A stretch of 64,000 bases of DNA from the human T2T-CHM13v2.0 reference genome, Homo sapiens. The position numbers and the translations under genes were made by a program. This document shows, piece after piece, positions 16,079-36,048 of the stretch. The stretch's first letter is position 1; each line of letters begins with the position of its first letter. The stretch lies in NCBI RefSeq assembly GCF_009914755.1, contig NC_060947.1. One strand, written 5' to 3'. Below the pieces are notes generated by a model. It was not told where the DNA came from. It saw only the letters and a program-made list of their open reading frames with translations, and ran no database searches.

Positions 16079-16223
16079 CAAGCATGCTGTGTGAGATGGG
16101 GAAGGTGATGGTGGGCTGGCCTGTCATCCGCCAGCGGCTACAGAGGTAGGAGAGGTCTGTTCTAAGCATTTCCACTATCATCTTGTTGTCCAGAGCCAGG
16201 TAGAACTGTTGCTGGTCTATAAA
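16079..16223 (-). CDS. PHKA1: PHKA1 coding exon 16 (145 nt)
   Basis: [48 protein letters not shown] (in ORF 16035-16232); CAG acceptor, GTAAGG donor. Confidence 0.97.
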
Positions 16224-17200
16224 CTGAGACAAATAAAAATAATAGATTAGATTAATTTACTCTCACAATTATCAAGTAATATTTTAAACTACTCATATAT
16301 TCAGAAGAGTATCCAAGATGTCACAGGGCAATGATACCCCCACATTTAATGTCTAATACATTCCAAAGTATCTGGGGTTAACTGGCACATATAATAATTT
16401 CTGACATTTTTACGGTATGCTGCAGTTTACGAAGTATTTTTAAGTATATAATTTTATTTAATCCTGTAACCCCCCAGTGAGGGCTTTTCTTCTTTTAATA
16501 GATGAAAAATAAGGCTAAGAGATGATACGTGGATTAGTGAAATCATATGGCTAGCAAATGACAAAGTCAGAAATAGAATCTATGATCCATTACTCTTTTG
16601 TTTATACCTACCTCAGCTGCACTATTTCAAATGTAAGATGACAAATGGGGAGTTTAAGCTTTCTTTCCAGAAAATAGTTTCTCCTCCCCATAAACACATA
16701 CAATCAGGTTTGTTATTATCATGTAGCTAATAAACATCAGGCTAACAACGTGTTTAATAACAGCTAAAACAGTACCGACATTTTTGTTTAGAAGAGGATA
16801 CTGAAGATTTCTATGAATGTAAAAAGGGCCCTTCCTCCAAACAAAGAAAACATAATTTAGTAGCTGAATAAAAAAGGTTGTATTTTGTTTATAAAGGACA
16901 CATACAGTTTTATTTTTAACTTTTAAAAGTAAGGATTACTTTTATAAGTACTCTAGCATTTGTAAAATCCTTAGTTTCTGCAATACCCAGGGTTACTTTT
17001 GGCAGTTACAATCACTTAGTGAAACTCTGTGCTGGAAGTTCAATTCAGTTCAACTCTATAAATATTAACTGAGTAAGTTATGTGCAAGGCCTGGTGGAAC
17101 TCTTTGACACTTATCCCAACTCCAGTAAATGCTTTATTTCTCCAATGATTTTCTTTTATTTCCATTCATCTCAATGCACATTCCAGTTTATTTCACCCAC

Positions 17201-17310
17201 CTGTGGAGTGAAAGTAAAGATAGTTTTCCGAATGTCATAGAGTTTTGAAGTTCCAAGCACTCCCATGTGTCTGTAGGGTCGTCCACTGAGTTTCATTCTA
17301 TTGTTGCATC
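17201..17310 (-). CDS. PHKA1: PHKA1 coding exon 15 (110 nt)
   Basis: (G)[36 protein letters not shown] (in ORF 17171-17434); CAG acceptor, GTGGGT donor. Confidence 0.97.
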
Positions 17311-17964
17311 CTGATACAGAATTGAGAAATGGTAAAAATATTTCTAGAGCACAAATCAAATCAGCAAACATTTTTACATATATATATATACACACACATA
17401 CACAATGTATGTATATACATATAGACACACACACACATCCACTGTATTTCCTTGAATTTAAATTGTCTTCTTTTTACAGTTTAGCATTCTGAAATTGGAA
17501 TCCAACCTATAATTGAGATCTATGTTAAATGTAGTTGAATTTCTTTTCGTCTTCCAAAAGGGAGTTATAAAATCAATACCTCTTACGATGAGAAAATAGT
17601 TTATTCACACACACATTTTTCTTTTATATCATAGGATAACACTGTTTATATTGTTCTGAAACTGTTTTACCCAAAACACGTATTAAATATGCTTTCATGT
17701 CAGTACTGACAGGACTACTACTTTTTTATTTTTTTGACTAGAACACATTTTTCTTGGGAATTTAATTTTTTTCATTTGCTTTACGTAAGTGTTATACTTA
17801 TCAAATATGCCAGTTTTAGTGTTGCTTTACTCTTAGGGGGCTAGCATCAGAGAATTGTTAAAGCCTTGGTCATATTCCAGGGTCCATGCAGTAAAGCACA
17901 CATTTTACCTGAGATTGATGTCACAACCAGGTTTTCCCACTACTCCTTACTTTTTGTTTCTATT

Positions 17965-19185
17965 TAATACTGCAAAATATACACAACATAAAATTTACCA
18001 TTTACCATTTTAATAACCTTAAGTTCAGTGGCATTAAGTACATTTACATCATTGTGCAAACATCACCACCAACTATCTCCAAAACTCTTTCATCTTCCCA
18101 GACTGAAACTCTATTTATTGAACAGTAAGTAACTTTTCATGTCCTCTGCTTCCCAGCCTCTGGCAACCACTGTTCTACTTTGTATCTCTATGAATTCGGT
18201 ATCTCATATAAATGGAATAATACAATATCTTTCCTTTTGTAACTAGCTTATTTCATTTAGCATAGTCTTCAAAGTTCATCTATGTGTAGCATATGTCAGA
18301 ATCTCCTTCCTTTTTAAGGCTTAATAATATTCCATTTTGGGTATACATTTTGTGTATACATTGCATATTGTTTATCCATTCATTGATGGACATTTGGGTT
18401 GTTTCCACTTTTTGGCTATTGTGGGCAATGCTGCACATTGATGTAGAAAATGTTCAAGTTCCTATTTTTACTTCTTTTGGATATATACTCAGAAGTGTAA
18501 TTGCTGGATTATATAGTAATTCTATGTTTAATTTGTTTGAGGGACTGCCATACTGTTTTCCATAGGGGCTGACACATTTTACATTCCCATCCACAGTACA
18601 CAAGAGTTTTCATGTCTCCACATCCTCATGTTGGCTATTCAGGGTCCCTTGAGATTCCATATAAATTTTAGAACAATTTTTCTATTTTACAGAAATCATC
18701 ATTTGGGCTCTTGATAGGGCTTGCATAGAATCTGTTGATAGCTTTGGGTTGTACTGGTATCTTAACAATATTATGTCTTCTAACCCACAAAGACAGCATG
18801 TCTTTCCATTTATTTGTCTCCTCTCTATTTCTTTTAGCAATGTTTTTCCATTTTCAGTGTACAAGTCTTTCACCTCTTTGGTTAAGCCTATTCTTAAGTA
18901 TTTTATTCTTTTTGATGCTATTATAAATGGAACTGTTTTCTTAATTTCCTTGTCAAATTGTTCATTTTTAGTGTATAAAAATGTAACTGACTTTTGTGTG
19001 CTGATTCTGTATCCTATAAGTTTGCTGAATTTGTTTATTAGTTCTCACAGGTTTTTTTTGTTTTTGTTTTTGTTTTTTAAATAAAACCATGTCATGTGTG
19101 AATGGAGACCATTTTAATTTTTCTTTGCCAATTTGGATGTCTTTTATATCTTTTTCTTGTCTAACTGCTCTGGCTAGAACTTCCA
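17965..19185 (-). mobile_element. L1M (L1MA/L1MB-like) 3' fragment with internal deletion near 18628
   Basis: L1M 3'UTR motifs, then ORF2-like peptides (KDLYTENGKTLLKEI; [15 protein letters not shown]). Confidence 0.8.
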
Positions 19186-19190
19186 ATGAT

Positions 19191-19316
19191 GGCCGACTGT
19201 GATGGTGTGTGCCTGTTGTCCCAGAGACTAAGGTGGGAGGATCCCTTGAGCGCAAGAGTTTGTGACCAGCCTGGGCAACACAGTGAGAGCTTCTCTCAAA
19301 AAAAAAAAAAAAAAAG
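19191..19316 (+). mobile_element. Alu monomer (FLAM/FAM-like)
   Basis: Single arm ending cagcctgggcaacacagtgaga plus poly(A). Confidence 0.8.
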
Positions 19317-20175
19317 CTATGTTGAATAGAAGTCTGGGTGTCTGTTTTATTTTTTTCTTTTGTCTTTTATTAATTTTATTAATTTACCAATTAATAACAA
19401 GTCATGGTTTTCTAAGTCATGTCTTCTTTTTTCAATGCTGAATACGGTGTATAAAGAATTGTAGAGGCTCTGGATGACATTATTTCCCTCCAGAGAAGAT
19501 TCAGTTTATTTTAGTAGGCAGATACAGTATAAGCAGATCTTCTTAGCCCAATCAGGAATTAAGAAGATTGTGTTTTAGGATTTGTATTTGAGGCTTTCTA
19601 AGAACTCGTCTATTTATGGTTTTTCCTTACTCCTAAGGTGTAGTCCATTCTTTAGGGGTTTCAACTGAAAGCCCAAGGTGTTTATCACAGCCCCTTCCAC
19701 ATAGGAAGGTCCTGAAATGCAATTTTTGTCTCCGTAGAACAGTGAGACTTCCTGCTTAGTTTCTTGGCCCCTTACTTCATGCAAGCAAAACTTAAGAATC
19801 AGCAAATGCCTCAAAGGTAAACTGCACAGAGAATAGTGAGTTTATTCTTTGAGTGTCCCTTCTGTCCAAGGTTTTAGTTTCTCAAGTTCTGGCTGTTGTA
19901 ATTACTCTCTGAAGCCTTCACTCACCTTCATTTTTAAAATTCAGCCATTCCAGTTATTGTTAGTATGACAGCCCAATACAAGCTATTTCATCACAGCTGG
20001 AAGCTGAAAGTCTACCTTTTTAGCTATGATACAATATACATAATTCTACCATTCTTGTTTATACACATTATAGTACTTCTAATTGTTGTTTTGCCACCAC
20101 AGATTATAATGTAGTGAACATCCTTGAATATATGCCCTTGTGTACTTGTACGAATGTTATATAGGATAGATTCTG

Positions 20176-20542
<367 letters not shown>

Positions 20543-23500
20543 TTATAGGTAATGCCTACCTGCCTCTAATTTACACTACCAGGAGTGCTGAGAGTGTCCA
20601 CATCTCCACATATTCATCAGCACTGGATATTGGCAATCTTACCTTTTTTTTGTAAAATTGATGGGCAAAAAATTACATAGCACTATTCTTTTATCTTACA
20701 TTTTCACAATCATTGGTGAGGTTGAAACTATGATAACTTAAAAAATATAGTACTAGGAAAGAAGAAACAGTGATCAGCAGCACCAAAAAGTAAGATTAAA
20801 AGTATCCACACATGTGAGTGAGTATATGCATGTACAGTAAATTATAAAGGTGGAACTTCAAAACAACCTATATATGAACTATTCAATCAGTAGTGCTGGA
20901 ACGATTGGTTACTTGGCAAAAAGTCAGATTTTTACCTCATTGGATAAACTAAAATTAATATTATAGCCTAAGACTTAAATGTAAAATTGTAACCATAAAT
21001 AACAAAGAAAATGCAGTGAAAATGTATTTGACCTAGGGATGGGACTATCTTTCTAAGTGTAACAGCAAGGAAAGAATCCAAAAAAAGAGAAAATTTTACT
21101 ACATAAAATATAAAACTTCTATACATGAAAAGCAGCACAAAATTAAAGGGCAAATAACAAAATAGCAAAATATTTCAATAACATGTGGAAGAGAAAGTGT
21201 CAGTATCCCTAATATATTTAAAAATACCTCATGGAAATCAGTAAGAAATCAACAAGTATCCAGTAGAAAAATGGCAAAAGAATATAAGGAGACGATTTGC
21301 AAAATTAACAGAAAAAGGCTATTTATGAAAATAACTTTTGAAGAAATTACGTTAATACAGCTATCAAACTGGATTGTAGGTGGCTACTTACCAAAATGTA
21401 ACAGAGTTTATCATATACTGTTATTTTTCAAGAAAAACAGAATGCAAAATCCATTCTTAATGATATCATTTTTCTAAAAACATGTTTGTACTTATTTTAT
21501 TTAAAATGATTGGAAACAAATATGCCAAAATAAAAGGTGGCTTCCTCTGAGTGGTGGAATTACAGGCGATTGTTATCTTTTTCCTTTGTGCTTGTCTGTT
21601 TTCCAGTTCCCTGCAGTCAATGCATACATACCAATTTGTAATCAGATAACTTACAACTTATGAAATTTGGAGAGAACCAGAATAGCATACCTATTCAGAT
21701 AGAATTAGGAGATAAATTCATAATTCTTGAAGGACTGAAAAATATATCTGATAAAATGGATGTATCTAATATTTAAAGATTTGTACACAGGCAAGAAAAT
21801 AATTATCTAAAAGAAAGTAACAGACTAGGAAATATATATAAGTCTCACTGATAAAAGCTTACCATAAAATATAAATAATTGATAAATATATACAGAAATG
21901 TGCAGACCCTATTAGATAAGCAAGCAATTGTAGACACATAGTTTCAAAAAAAGAGGTAAAGCAAAAATAGAAAAACGTACAGGTCCCTGGGAATTAAAGA
22001 TAGAAAATTAAAATAATTTATACATACTAAAACCTACTTATCTAACAAAAATAAATAAAACTCCAATGTTAGTGGGGTAGTAAAAAAGAAAGGTATATTT
22101 TATATCTTAGTTATGTCACTATGAATTAGTTCGTCTTTGTAAATAATCATCTGGCAACATGTAACAAGAGCTAAAAAGCTGTTCACAAGCTTATCCAGAA
22201 TCCCTTTACTGAGAATATACAATTAAGAAAACAGTGGTCTATACAAAGGCATTTATAGAAGGATAAAAATTCTTGAAAATATTCAGCTAATAATCAGGAA
22301 ACAATTACTTTGATTTGATGAAATACTATATAGCTATTTCAATATGTGGAAATGCATCACGAGAGAATAAGTGAAAACAAACAGAACACAAGTGAATATA
22401 GGCATGTTAAAGATAACTATTAAAATGTATCTATATGCACTAAGATTAGAAAAGAATTAGCATTACATAAAGATTTGAACTTAATATTTTAAGTTCTTAC
22501 TTTCACAAAGTTGATTAATCTCATAATTTAAAAAAATAAAAAAAATGTTTTGGAACTGACAATGAAATACTGAGCATTTGAGGGGAGAAAGAGAACTCCG
22601 TTTAGTTAACATATATAAACAAATACACCTGTTAAAGAAATAGCCCTTTTTCCTTCATGGAATTATGGTTGTCATTTGACGTACCCTTAGGGCAATTTTT
22701 TTATTGTGAAACTGTTGCAATAATAGAATTTTGAATAGTCACTCATCTGACTGATAAGTCATCAGATGTTGCCTCATCTATCACGCTTTTCCTGACTTCC
22801 CCAGGCAAATCTATCCCCTTTCTTCTGTGTTTTATATGTAACACCGTGGTCATAGCATTTATAAGATTGTACTGTGATTATTTAGTTGCATGGCTATGTC
22901 TTCCATAGCATCTAGCCCAGTGCCTGGTACATAATAAGTGAGCAATAAATGCTTATCAATGAATGAATGAAGCAAATGAAAGAACGTATCAGGAAGATAA
23001 ATGTCCACTTGTCACTTGAGTCCTTGGAATGTTTGATCATCATTAAGTTTTTATTTCCTTTGGCTAGAAAATAAGAACTTAGTAAGAGGCCCAAGATGGA
23101 GTCTAGGTTTTGAAAAAGTAAATAGTAAGGAGATTGCTTCTATTTGTTGGAGAGACCTGATGTGAGGCAGGCAGATTCCATAAATGATGGCCCAGAGCTT
23201 AGAAGTTACCTGTTTCCCAGTAAGATATGCCGATTTAGAATAATAGATGCAATGAGGCAATGGGTAAAATTAACCTATTAACTTTTGAGTGAGAGCCAGA
23301 GAGAATCAGGTCAAAATCACCAACAGGACTTGCATAAACCCATTACTGCAGAGACTTCTAAGAGTTACAAAGAAGGTGACTGTAAGATCAACTAGTACTC
23401 AAGTGGGTAAGATGTTGGCTAAATAGGGAAATACCTTCCTTATCTCAAGGGATTTAGTGCTAGTGGACTAGTATCTGGAGACTAGAAGTGCATTATAGGT

Positions 23501-24159
23501 CTGGGGTGACAGGGAATGGCCAAAAAAAATAAAAACAGGAAGCAGGTTCTGGGAAGGGGTGAGGTATGTAACCCACCTAGCAAAGCATCCACCCAAATCA
23601 GCCTCAGAAGTTTCAGGAGCCTTGACTTGGTATTTACCTCAGTTAGGGTTGAGTAAATAGAGGGAACCAGGAGTATTTTATAATATTCAAGCTAATTTGT
23701 GGCTAGATTTTAGAAATTTATTAGGATCTGAGACATATTCAACAAATTTGTTAATTTCTTTGTGTATATATTTTAGTTTTTCATTATCTTTTTAAAGCAA
23801 AGTTTCTTTAGAAAATTCTAATCATGTTATATTTGAATTTTTAGGAAAGGGACATTCCTACATCATAGCTAAGATGGAAGAAAGAAATCCATATACTCCT
23901 AAAGCCAGAAGCCATGTTAATAGCTCCGGAATGCAAGGAGTTCAAGCCTTGTTGGCATTAAATATATGTTCCTAGAGACAGACAAAAGTCAGCTCTGACT
24001 CTTGGTCCTTTCCTCCTTGGTTGATTCCCTCTCAATTTAGACAAAGAAATTAAGTGACTGGAGTTACGTGCCAGAGAAAAGGGAAGGAGACTGGTTTTAA
24101 GCTGGGAATACTTGCCTTAACTGTAATTACTAACATACCATTCTTGGGTGATAAAAAAG

Positions 24160-24210
24160 TACACATACACACATACACGCACACACACACACGCGCGCAC
24201 ACACATATAC
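24160..24210. repeat. (CA)n/(CG)n alternating purine-pyrimidine microsatellite
   Basis: acacatacacacatacacgcacacacacacacgcgcgcacacacatatac. Confidence 0.85.
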
Positions 24211-24292
24211 AAACTAACTTCTGGGTTTGTAAGTGGCAATCCACTACCTAAGATCCAATCTTTTACAAATCTACTCCCTTGTGGTTTAAGAT

Positions 24293-24754
24293 TGTATTAC
24301 TTTTCTATTGGTTCTATAACAAATTACCACAAACTTGGTGGCTTAAAACAACACAGATTTATACTTCTACAGTTCTTGGCATCATGAGTCCAAAATGAGC
24401 ATTATGGGACTAAAATCAAAACCAAAGTGTCAGCAGGGTTGATTCCTTCTGGAGGCTCCAGGGAAGAATCTATTCCTTGCCTCTTCCAGCTTCTAGATGA
24501 TGTGGGCATTCCTTGGCTCATAGCCTTATCACTATAATCTCTTGCTTCTGTTGTCACATCTCCTACTTTTATAGTCTGGTCTTCCTCTGATTCCTTTTAT
24601 AAGGACACTTGTGATTACATTTAGGGACCACCTGGGTAATCCAGGATAAGCTCCCTATCTCAAATGAGTCCATTTGGCCATATAAGTTAAGGTTTATAGG
24701 TTCCAGGAATTAGGACTTGTATATCTTTGGGGAGTCATTATTCAGTCTTCCACA
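24293..24754 (-). mobile_element. MLT1 MaLR LTR
   Basis: ataacaaattaccacaaacttggtggcttaaaacaaca and ttccttctggaggctcc...ccttgcctcttccagcttct MLT1 signatures. Confidence 0.85.
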
Positions 24755-25285
24755 AGAGTAGTTTAGAATTTCTTTTAGATAACAATATAGTAATTTGTTT
24801 AATGCAAAAAATCTATCACTAAGTTTAATATGTGAATTAATTAAAAAAATAAGTACTAATTAAAAATAAGTATTATATTAAGGAATCTTTTATATTATCA
24901 ACTAGTTCATTAAATGACAAAGTATAAAAGACCTAAAAACAAGTTCCTTGGCTATCATTCCATATAAAATAAGCAAGTATTTGAAAAAGAGGTATAGGCT
25001 CCAAGAAAGGAGAGAACATGTTATTTAAGCACACACTTGGAATAAAGATACAATATTGGCTGATAATAGTCATGCCTTATGTACCCAAAGGGTTCATAAA
25101 ACACACCTAAAATTATCAGGCCTGCTCAGAATAGAGAAGGTAAGAAAATTGGATTCTAGAGACTCTAAATTCCTTCTCAGATCCAGCTTAATAAAGCAAT
25201 ACACAATCATGAAGAAGAAAAAAGGATGGAAACCAGCCTATAATGAATAATGCTTTGATTCTAGCAGGCTAGCCAATCTCCTTAC

Positions 25286-25420
25286 CTAGGCTGGAATAAA
25301 TGTGGCTGAGAATACGAGCTGGTTGTACTCTGATGGGGTATACCTCAGCAATGGTCTCCACGTAAATTCCCTTGTCCTTCAAAATGGTCTTGATTTCTTC
25401 TGTTTCAGCTAGAATGGAGA
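25286..25420 (-). CDS. PHKA1: PHKA1 coding exon 14 (135 nt)
   Basis: (V)[44 protein letters not shown]; TAG acceptor, GTAAGG donor. Confidence 0.96.
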
Positions 25421-26574
25421 CTAGAGGAGACAAAGAAGATGAGGTCAACAGAAAATTTTATTTCAATAGCAACTTAACAATCTCTCAAGTTATATAATTT
25501 CTTTTAAAGAGAAAAAAAGGAAATGGGAGGAAATGAACAGTTATTGAGGAACTTTGATAAAATAAGTATCATGCTAAATAATATTATCTAAAAGGAAAAG
25601 GAAAATGAAAAGATCTCAAGACTAGAGCATTAGATTTTGCTTTTTGCCTAAATACTTATGTGCTCCTAGAGAATACCACACTCTTTTTATATCTAAGATT
25701 CCATGTTTAAATGGGAGAAAAATCCATCATGAGATTTGGTATAGCTTTGGTAAAAACTGATTCCCCGAGTTCTTTTGTATCAGTAAACCTAAGGTCAGAG
25801 CCAGGTATGTGGGGGTAATAAAGAACACCCTAATGACAAGAGTTGCCTATAGCTAGAGAATGATAGAAGGCATGGTGAATTGGGGATAACAATTTGAGTC
25901 ATCAACATATAGAAGGTATTATAGTTGAAACTGTGTGTTTTTTAGGCAGCAGGTAGCGGGTGCTGGGGAGAGATGGGGGATGAAACTTCTCTAGATTCAG
26001 AGCCTGACAAGCCTGGACAGCTCTCTTTTCTTCCTCTTATACTCCTGTCACTGAAGTAGGAAGCCCAACTACAAGAGAGGAGGCTAGGCCAGCTTCCTGA
26101 TTCTTTTTTCACTTTCGCTATATGGAACAGACACCTGGCTGGGGGCCAGTAATCCAATTGAGGCTTTAGCTGTCTTGACACTAAGCAACTGTGGCAAATG
26201 TGCCCTCTACTCCTGCTCCTCTAGTGCTGGTAGATGTGATGGATTGTTCACAGGAAAAAGAATGCACTGCTTGGCTTACCATTATTTTCTACATTGAGTT
26301 TTTGAAGCAAAGGCTTAGTTAACAAAGTGCTACTTTGCCTTCCTTTGCCATTATCCTTTGTGTATTTTTCTATCTTGGGAACCTCATGCTAATGGGCTGC
26401 TGTTGTCTGGGCCAGGATAGCAGGATATGTTGATCACAGAGTCCCCTGGACATAACACCATCTTGATTACTTCTAACTGAAAACATGAAAATAAAAGAGA
26501 TTCTTCAGGGAAAAATATGCAGAGGAAGAATGATAGGGGGCTGAGGACAGTCCAGGAAAAAACATTTGGCAATT

Positions 26575-30540
<3,966 letters not shown>

Positions 30541-30630
30541 TGGGGCCATGGAAGCAAATTTACTATGAAGGAGGCAGGCTTAGCTACCTAATACAGAGTG
30601 TAAATACAGAAAGACAAGAGTATAAGACTA

Positions 30631-31029
<399 letters not shown>

Positions 31030-31313
31030 CTAAAATGTTATGACAATGAAAAGAAAATAATTTCCAGATATAAGGAGTGGTTAAGGGTGTCAAATAATAT
31101 TTTGGAGTCATCTGACATAGAACATCATTCATTTGTTTATTATTAAGATAACCAGCATTTTGAAACCAAACCGAACAAAGTTCATTGTATACATTTTGAA
31201 GCCTAATAAAGTGCAACATATAGAATAAAGTCATAATTTACTAGCCTAAAGATCTCTGCCCATAACCAGACCTTTAATATAAAGTTTCTTCCACTGGGAA
31301 TAAGAATACATAC

Positions 31314-31392
31314 CTTGAACCACAACATCGGGCTTCGGTACAGTAGAAAACCTGCGATTCAGGGGATCAATTTCTCCAGGGGCTAAAAATCC
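31314..31392 (-). CDS. PHKA1: PHKA1 coding exon 13 (79 nt)
   Basis: [26 protein letters not shown]; TAG acceptor, GTATGT donor. Confidence 0.96.
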
Positions 31393-31640
31393 CTAAAGAA
31401 AAACCATAAAAAGACAGATTATTAAGTCTCAAAAGAGAAACTAATACTTGAGGGAAAACAACATCCCTATGCCCATAACCTTGCACCATAACATTCAAGA
31501 GACAGGTGTAGAAAGGAAACAAATGCCTTCACTGTATGAAAATGTTTGAATTCCCAAATTCACACCACAATTCCTTTTATCCAGAGTTAATTGCTATTGG
31601 CTGCCACAAATGCTTTTTTAGGTAGGGTATAAATATGTAG

Positions 31641-31949
<309 letters not shown>

Positions 31950-32178
31950 TAAATAAACAAAGTTTTCTGGTTATTCCTCTATCTTCTCTGGATATACATA
32001 TGATTAGATGATTAGATCACACAGCTTATCAGTAATTTAAGCCATTAGTCCTGCTGTATTCTCATTTGTTCATGTATCTACTATGCCTTCTGCACATCAG
32101 AAATCTTTTGACTTGAGTTTCTGCCCTTTATGAAATGGGATGAACTCACCTATTTTTTCCTTAAGAATACAAATCACT

Positions 32179-32506
<328 letters not shown>

Positions 32507-33467
32507 GAATACCAATCACTGTGGTATTCTTTTTATCAATGCCTTTACTTTATTTTAATTGAATGAGAGAGTCACCAGGTAAGGATTACTTAAACAAACC
32601 ATTCTGCCCACTTTTGCTAGACTCATTTAGTAATGTCGACTAAGAGTAATCAAACAGCCATGGCCACAGCCACACAAGGAAAATGAACAAAACAGCTGCA
32701 AAAATCAGTGGTTATACATAAACAGGTCAAAGAGTCTGACTCAGATAGGATAGTTAAGTCCCACTCTTGATCCTCTAGGAGCCTGGGTTATATCTTATCA
32801 AAATAACATAGAGTGGGGAAGTAGACTTGCCAGATGATATGAAAAACTTCTGAGAAACAGAATGCCTCTGTGCAGGCTCAAAATGTCACAAAGAAGGTGG
32901 ACACAAAGTCAGAAACTCCCAAATGCCTCATTAAGGGCAATCTCAACAGAATCTGATATAAGGAACATTTAGAGAGACCCTTAACAAAATACAAACAAAC
33001 ATAAAAACCCAAGCAAAGAAAAAAAAAGTCATGATGTTCCTAGTCACTTATCATGGCACCTAAAAATATCAGTTAATTTAGTTAAAGAATGAAACATGTT
33101 GCTTGGAAGCATTAGCACTTAATCCATTATCAGTAATTAACTAGCTAAGCACAAATGCATCTGTTAGTCACCAGGCAGGGCACTGAGGGAAGTTTTGAAA
33201 GGGATAGATCTGGGGCCTGAGCAGTTCCAAATACAGTGCCAAAGTAGGGAGCCCCGGGCAGCAGGAGGGACATGGTTGCCAGGCAGCAAGAGCTTTTTGT
33301 GAGGGTTGGCCATGCTCCCTACTCTGAAGACCTGGAGGAAAACTATAATTAAGGCAAAGTGCAAAAGGCAGAAGACATCCTTCAGATTTAATGAGCTACT
33401 TAAAAATCTGATTATTATGGTGACTTAAGGCAGAAAAAAGTGGGACAGCCTTGAAGATTCCTCTTAC

Positions 33468-33575
33468 CTCTGCCATCAAGCTTCCTAAAATGTATAGAGA
33501 CTGACCCCACATGTGAGGCAATTTCCCCATGGGGACTCGGTCCACAGTGTGAGGATTCTGATATTCTTCATCGAC
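33468..33575 (-). CDS. PHKA1: PHKA1 coding exon 12 (108 nt)
   Basis: [36 protein letters not shown]; TAG acceptor, GTAAGA donor. Confidence 0.96.
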
Positions 33576-33723
33576 CTAAAAGAAAAGATGAAGAGGCCAG
33601 ATGAGGAATAATAGAAGGTTTAAGATACTGGATAATAAAAAGGTGGACTGGATTGTAATTTATACCCTATGTAGCTACATATGCAATGCACTGAAAAGTG
33701 AAGCACTATCACTATAATCTAGG

Positions 33724-33862
33724 GCAGTGCTCCCCAACTGTGATGTGCATACAGATCACCTGAGGATCTTGTTAAAATGCAGATTCTGATTGAGTGGGTA
33801 TGAGGTAGGGCCTGAAATCTATTTCTAACAAGCTCTCAGGTGGTGCTGCTGATGTTGCTGGG
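33724..33862. mobile_element. MER5A (hAT-Charlie)
   Basis: atcacctgaggatcttgttaaaatgcagattctgatt...tttctaacaagctc. Confidence 0.8.
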
Positions 33863-34358
33863 AGCTTATTCTACTCATTCTCACCGGAATGGAAGACTAT
33901 TCTCTTCCATGTCTAATGCTCTTTTGCAGTGGAGAAGAGGAACAATGTTACACCCGACTGGCATTTTGGGAAAATGACAGTCTGAAAACAAGACATATTC
34001 ATTTTCCAAGACTGATCTATTAAAACAATCCGGGATTACTGGCCTAAAAATAGAGAATACCAAATCTTGAGAGTCCACACAGAACATCATCCTAGTTTTT
34101 CCTAGTGATCTCTACATCATTCTCAAGATTAAGGTTTGGTCTTGTCCTTGTCTGACTGTGCAACAGTACCATCATTGAGACTGCTTTAAAATTTTATTTT
34201 TGAAGAAATAAAATCATACTTATGTTGTCCTGTACCTAAAGACAAGCTTTCAGAACAACAAAATAAGATTAAAAATTATTTGACTCAAATGAGGTAGTCT
34301 GATCAAGGTACTGCTCCTCTTCTCTATCAGCTACATGTTATGGCACTGTCTGACTCAC

Positions 34359-34454
34359 CCTGTCAGGAGGAACACTGTACAGCTCTGGCAGAAGTGGGAC
34401 TCCATTTTTGCCCTTGATGAGGACTGCTTCAAGAGCCTCTTTATATTCTTGAAC
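34359..34454 (-). CDS. PHKA1: PHKA1 coding exon 11 (96 nt)
   Basis: [32 protein letters not shown]; CAG acceptor, GTGAGT donor. Confidence 0.96.
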
Positions 34455-35713
34455 CTGCAGATAAAAGAAAGGCAGGAAAAAAAGACTTACAGAGAGTCCC
34501 TTTGGGGACCCAGGAGAAGGTTGCAGCCAAAGAAGGTCCTATTGCAAAGGAGCTTATTCACCCAGTAAAATAGAAAGGAAAGGGTATTTACTAAATGCTT
34601 GTTATAGGCCAAATATTATGCTAGGAGTTTTGCATACTTTAATGCATTTAACTTTAAAAACTATCCTAGGAGCTATGTGTAATTAAGGCCTTTTTACAGG
34701 GAAATTATCTCAAAGAGGTTGTAAATTTGTGGAAGATCAGAGCAAGTACACAGTTGAGTCCAGGGTGTAGCCATGGCAGTCTGCTTCCAAAGGCCTGTCT
34801 TGTTCCACTATGTATATCTTAAGTATAGCTTCTAGATTTGAGGATGTATTGTCTTAAAACTGCATTTCTACCTGCCAAATTAGGTTCTATTATGGTCAAG
34901 TTTATGTTCTGTGCTTAACCATTTGCTAAAGCTTAGCAATATATAAAATGTAAAAAAAAAAACAAAACCCAAAACTGTAATTTATGATGAAAAAAAAAAA
35001 TAGTTCTGCTATAACACTTTCTTTGTAAACAAATTTGTTCCAATGCTTCTGATATATTAGGGAAAAATTTGAGTATAACATGAATTTCATGTTTGGTTAT
35101 GCACAATTTCATACTGAGAATGTACTCAGCTGAACTGGGCCATGTAAGAATACACAAAACACACATGCATATATCTCAGGAGAATGATGAACTGTACCTA
35201 TTCACATCTGTTTTTACTACTTTCTGTCCAATTTCAGATAACACTCCTTTCACCACTACTGAACTTACAAGCTGCAATCCTCTGATGGCCACCCTGGATA
35301 TGCAACCACATGCCTTGCCCTCTCTTCAGTTTTCTACCTCTTTCCTCTCAGCCTTTTAAAAAAATTTTCCTCTCTGTTTTATGCTCTTTTTCTCTGTTTT
35401 CTCTCACTCTTTTTAATCCCTCTTTTGTTCTCTTCCTCTTGCACATTATGTAGTGGGCATGAGAGCCAGGTGGGTGAGCTGGTGAGAACTTGGGTACACA
35501 CTTGCACAAGCAAACTTTGGGTCTTTTTTAAGGTGAAAGTACGGTAACTATTGTGGTATTTATGTATTTCTTAACTATTTACCATGTATAAAGCCATGAT
35601 ACTATTATTTTTATTAGGTTCCTATCATTTTGTATGTGTTACATTTTATGTGCTGCACTCCTTACCCCATTTTCTCATAAGCCCTGTAGTTTTTATTTCT
35701 TAAATATGCATAG

Positions 35714-36033
<320 letters not shown>

Positions 36034-36048
36034 TTAAAGAATGCATAT

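Noticed and set aside
34044-34053. Perfect MEF2 site CTAAAAATAG (similar at 8491)
   Set aside because: AT-rich decamers are expected by chance in 64 kb of AT-rich DNA; no supporting cluster seen
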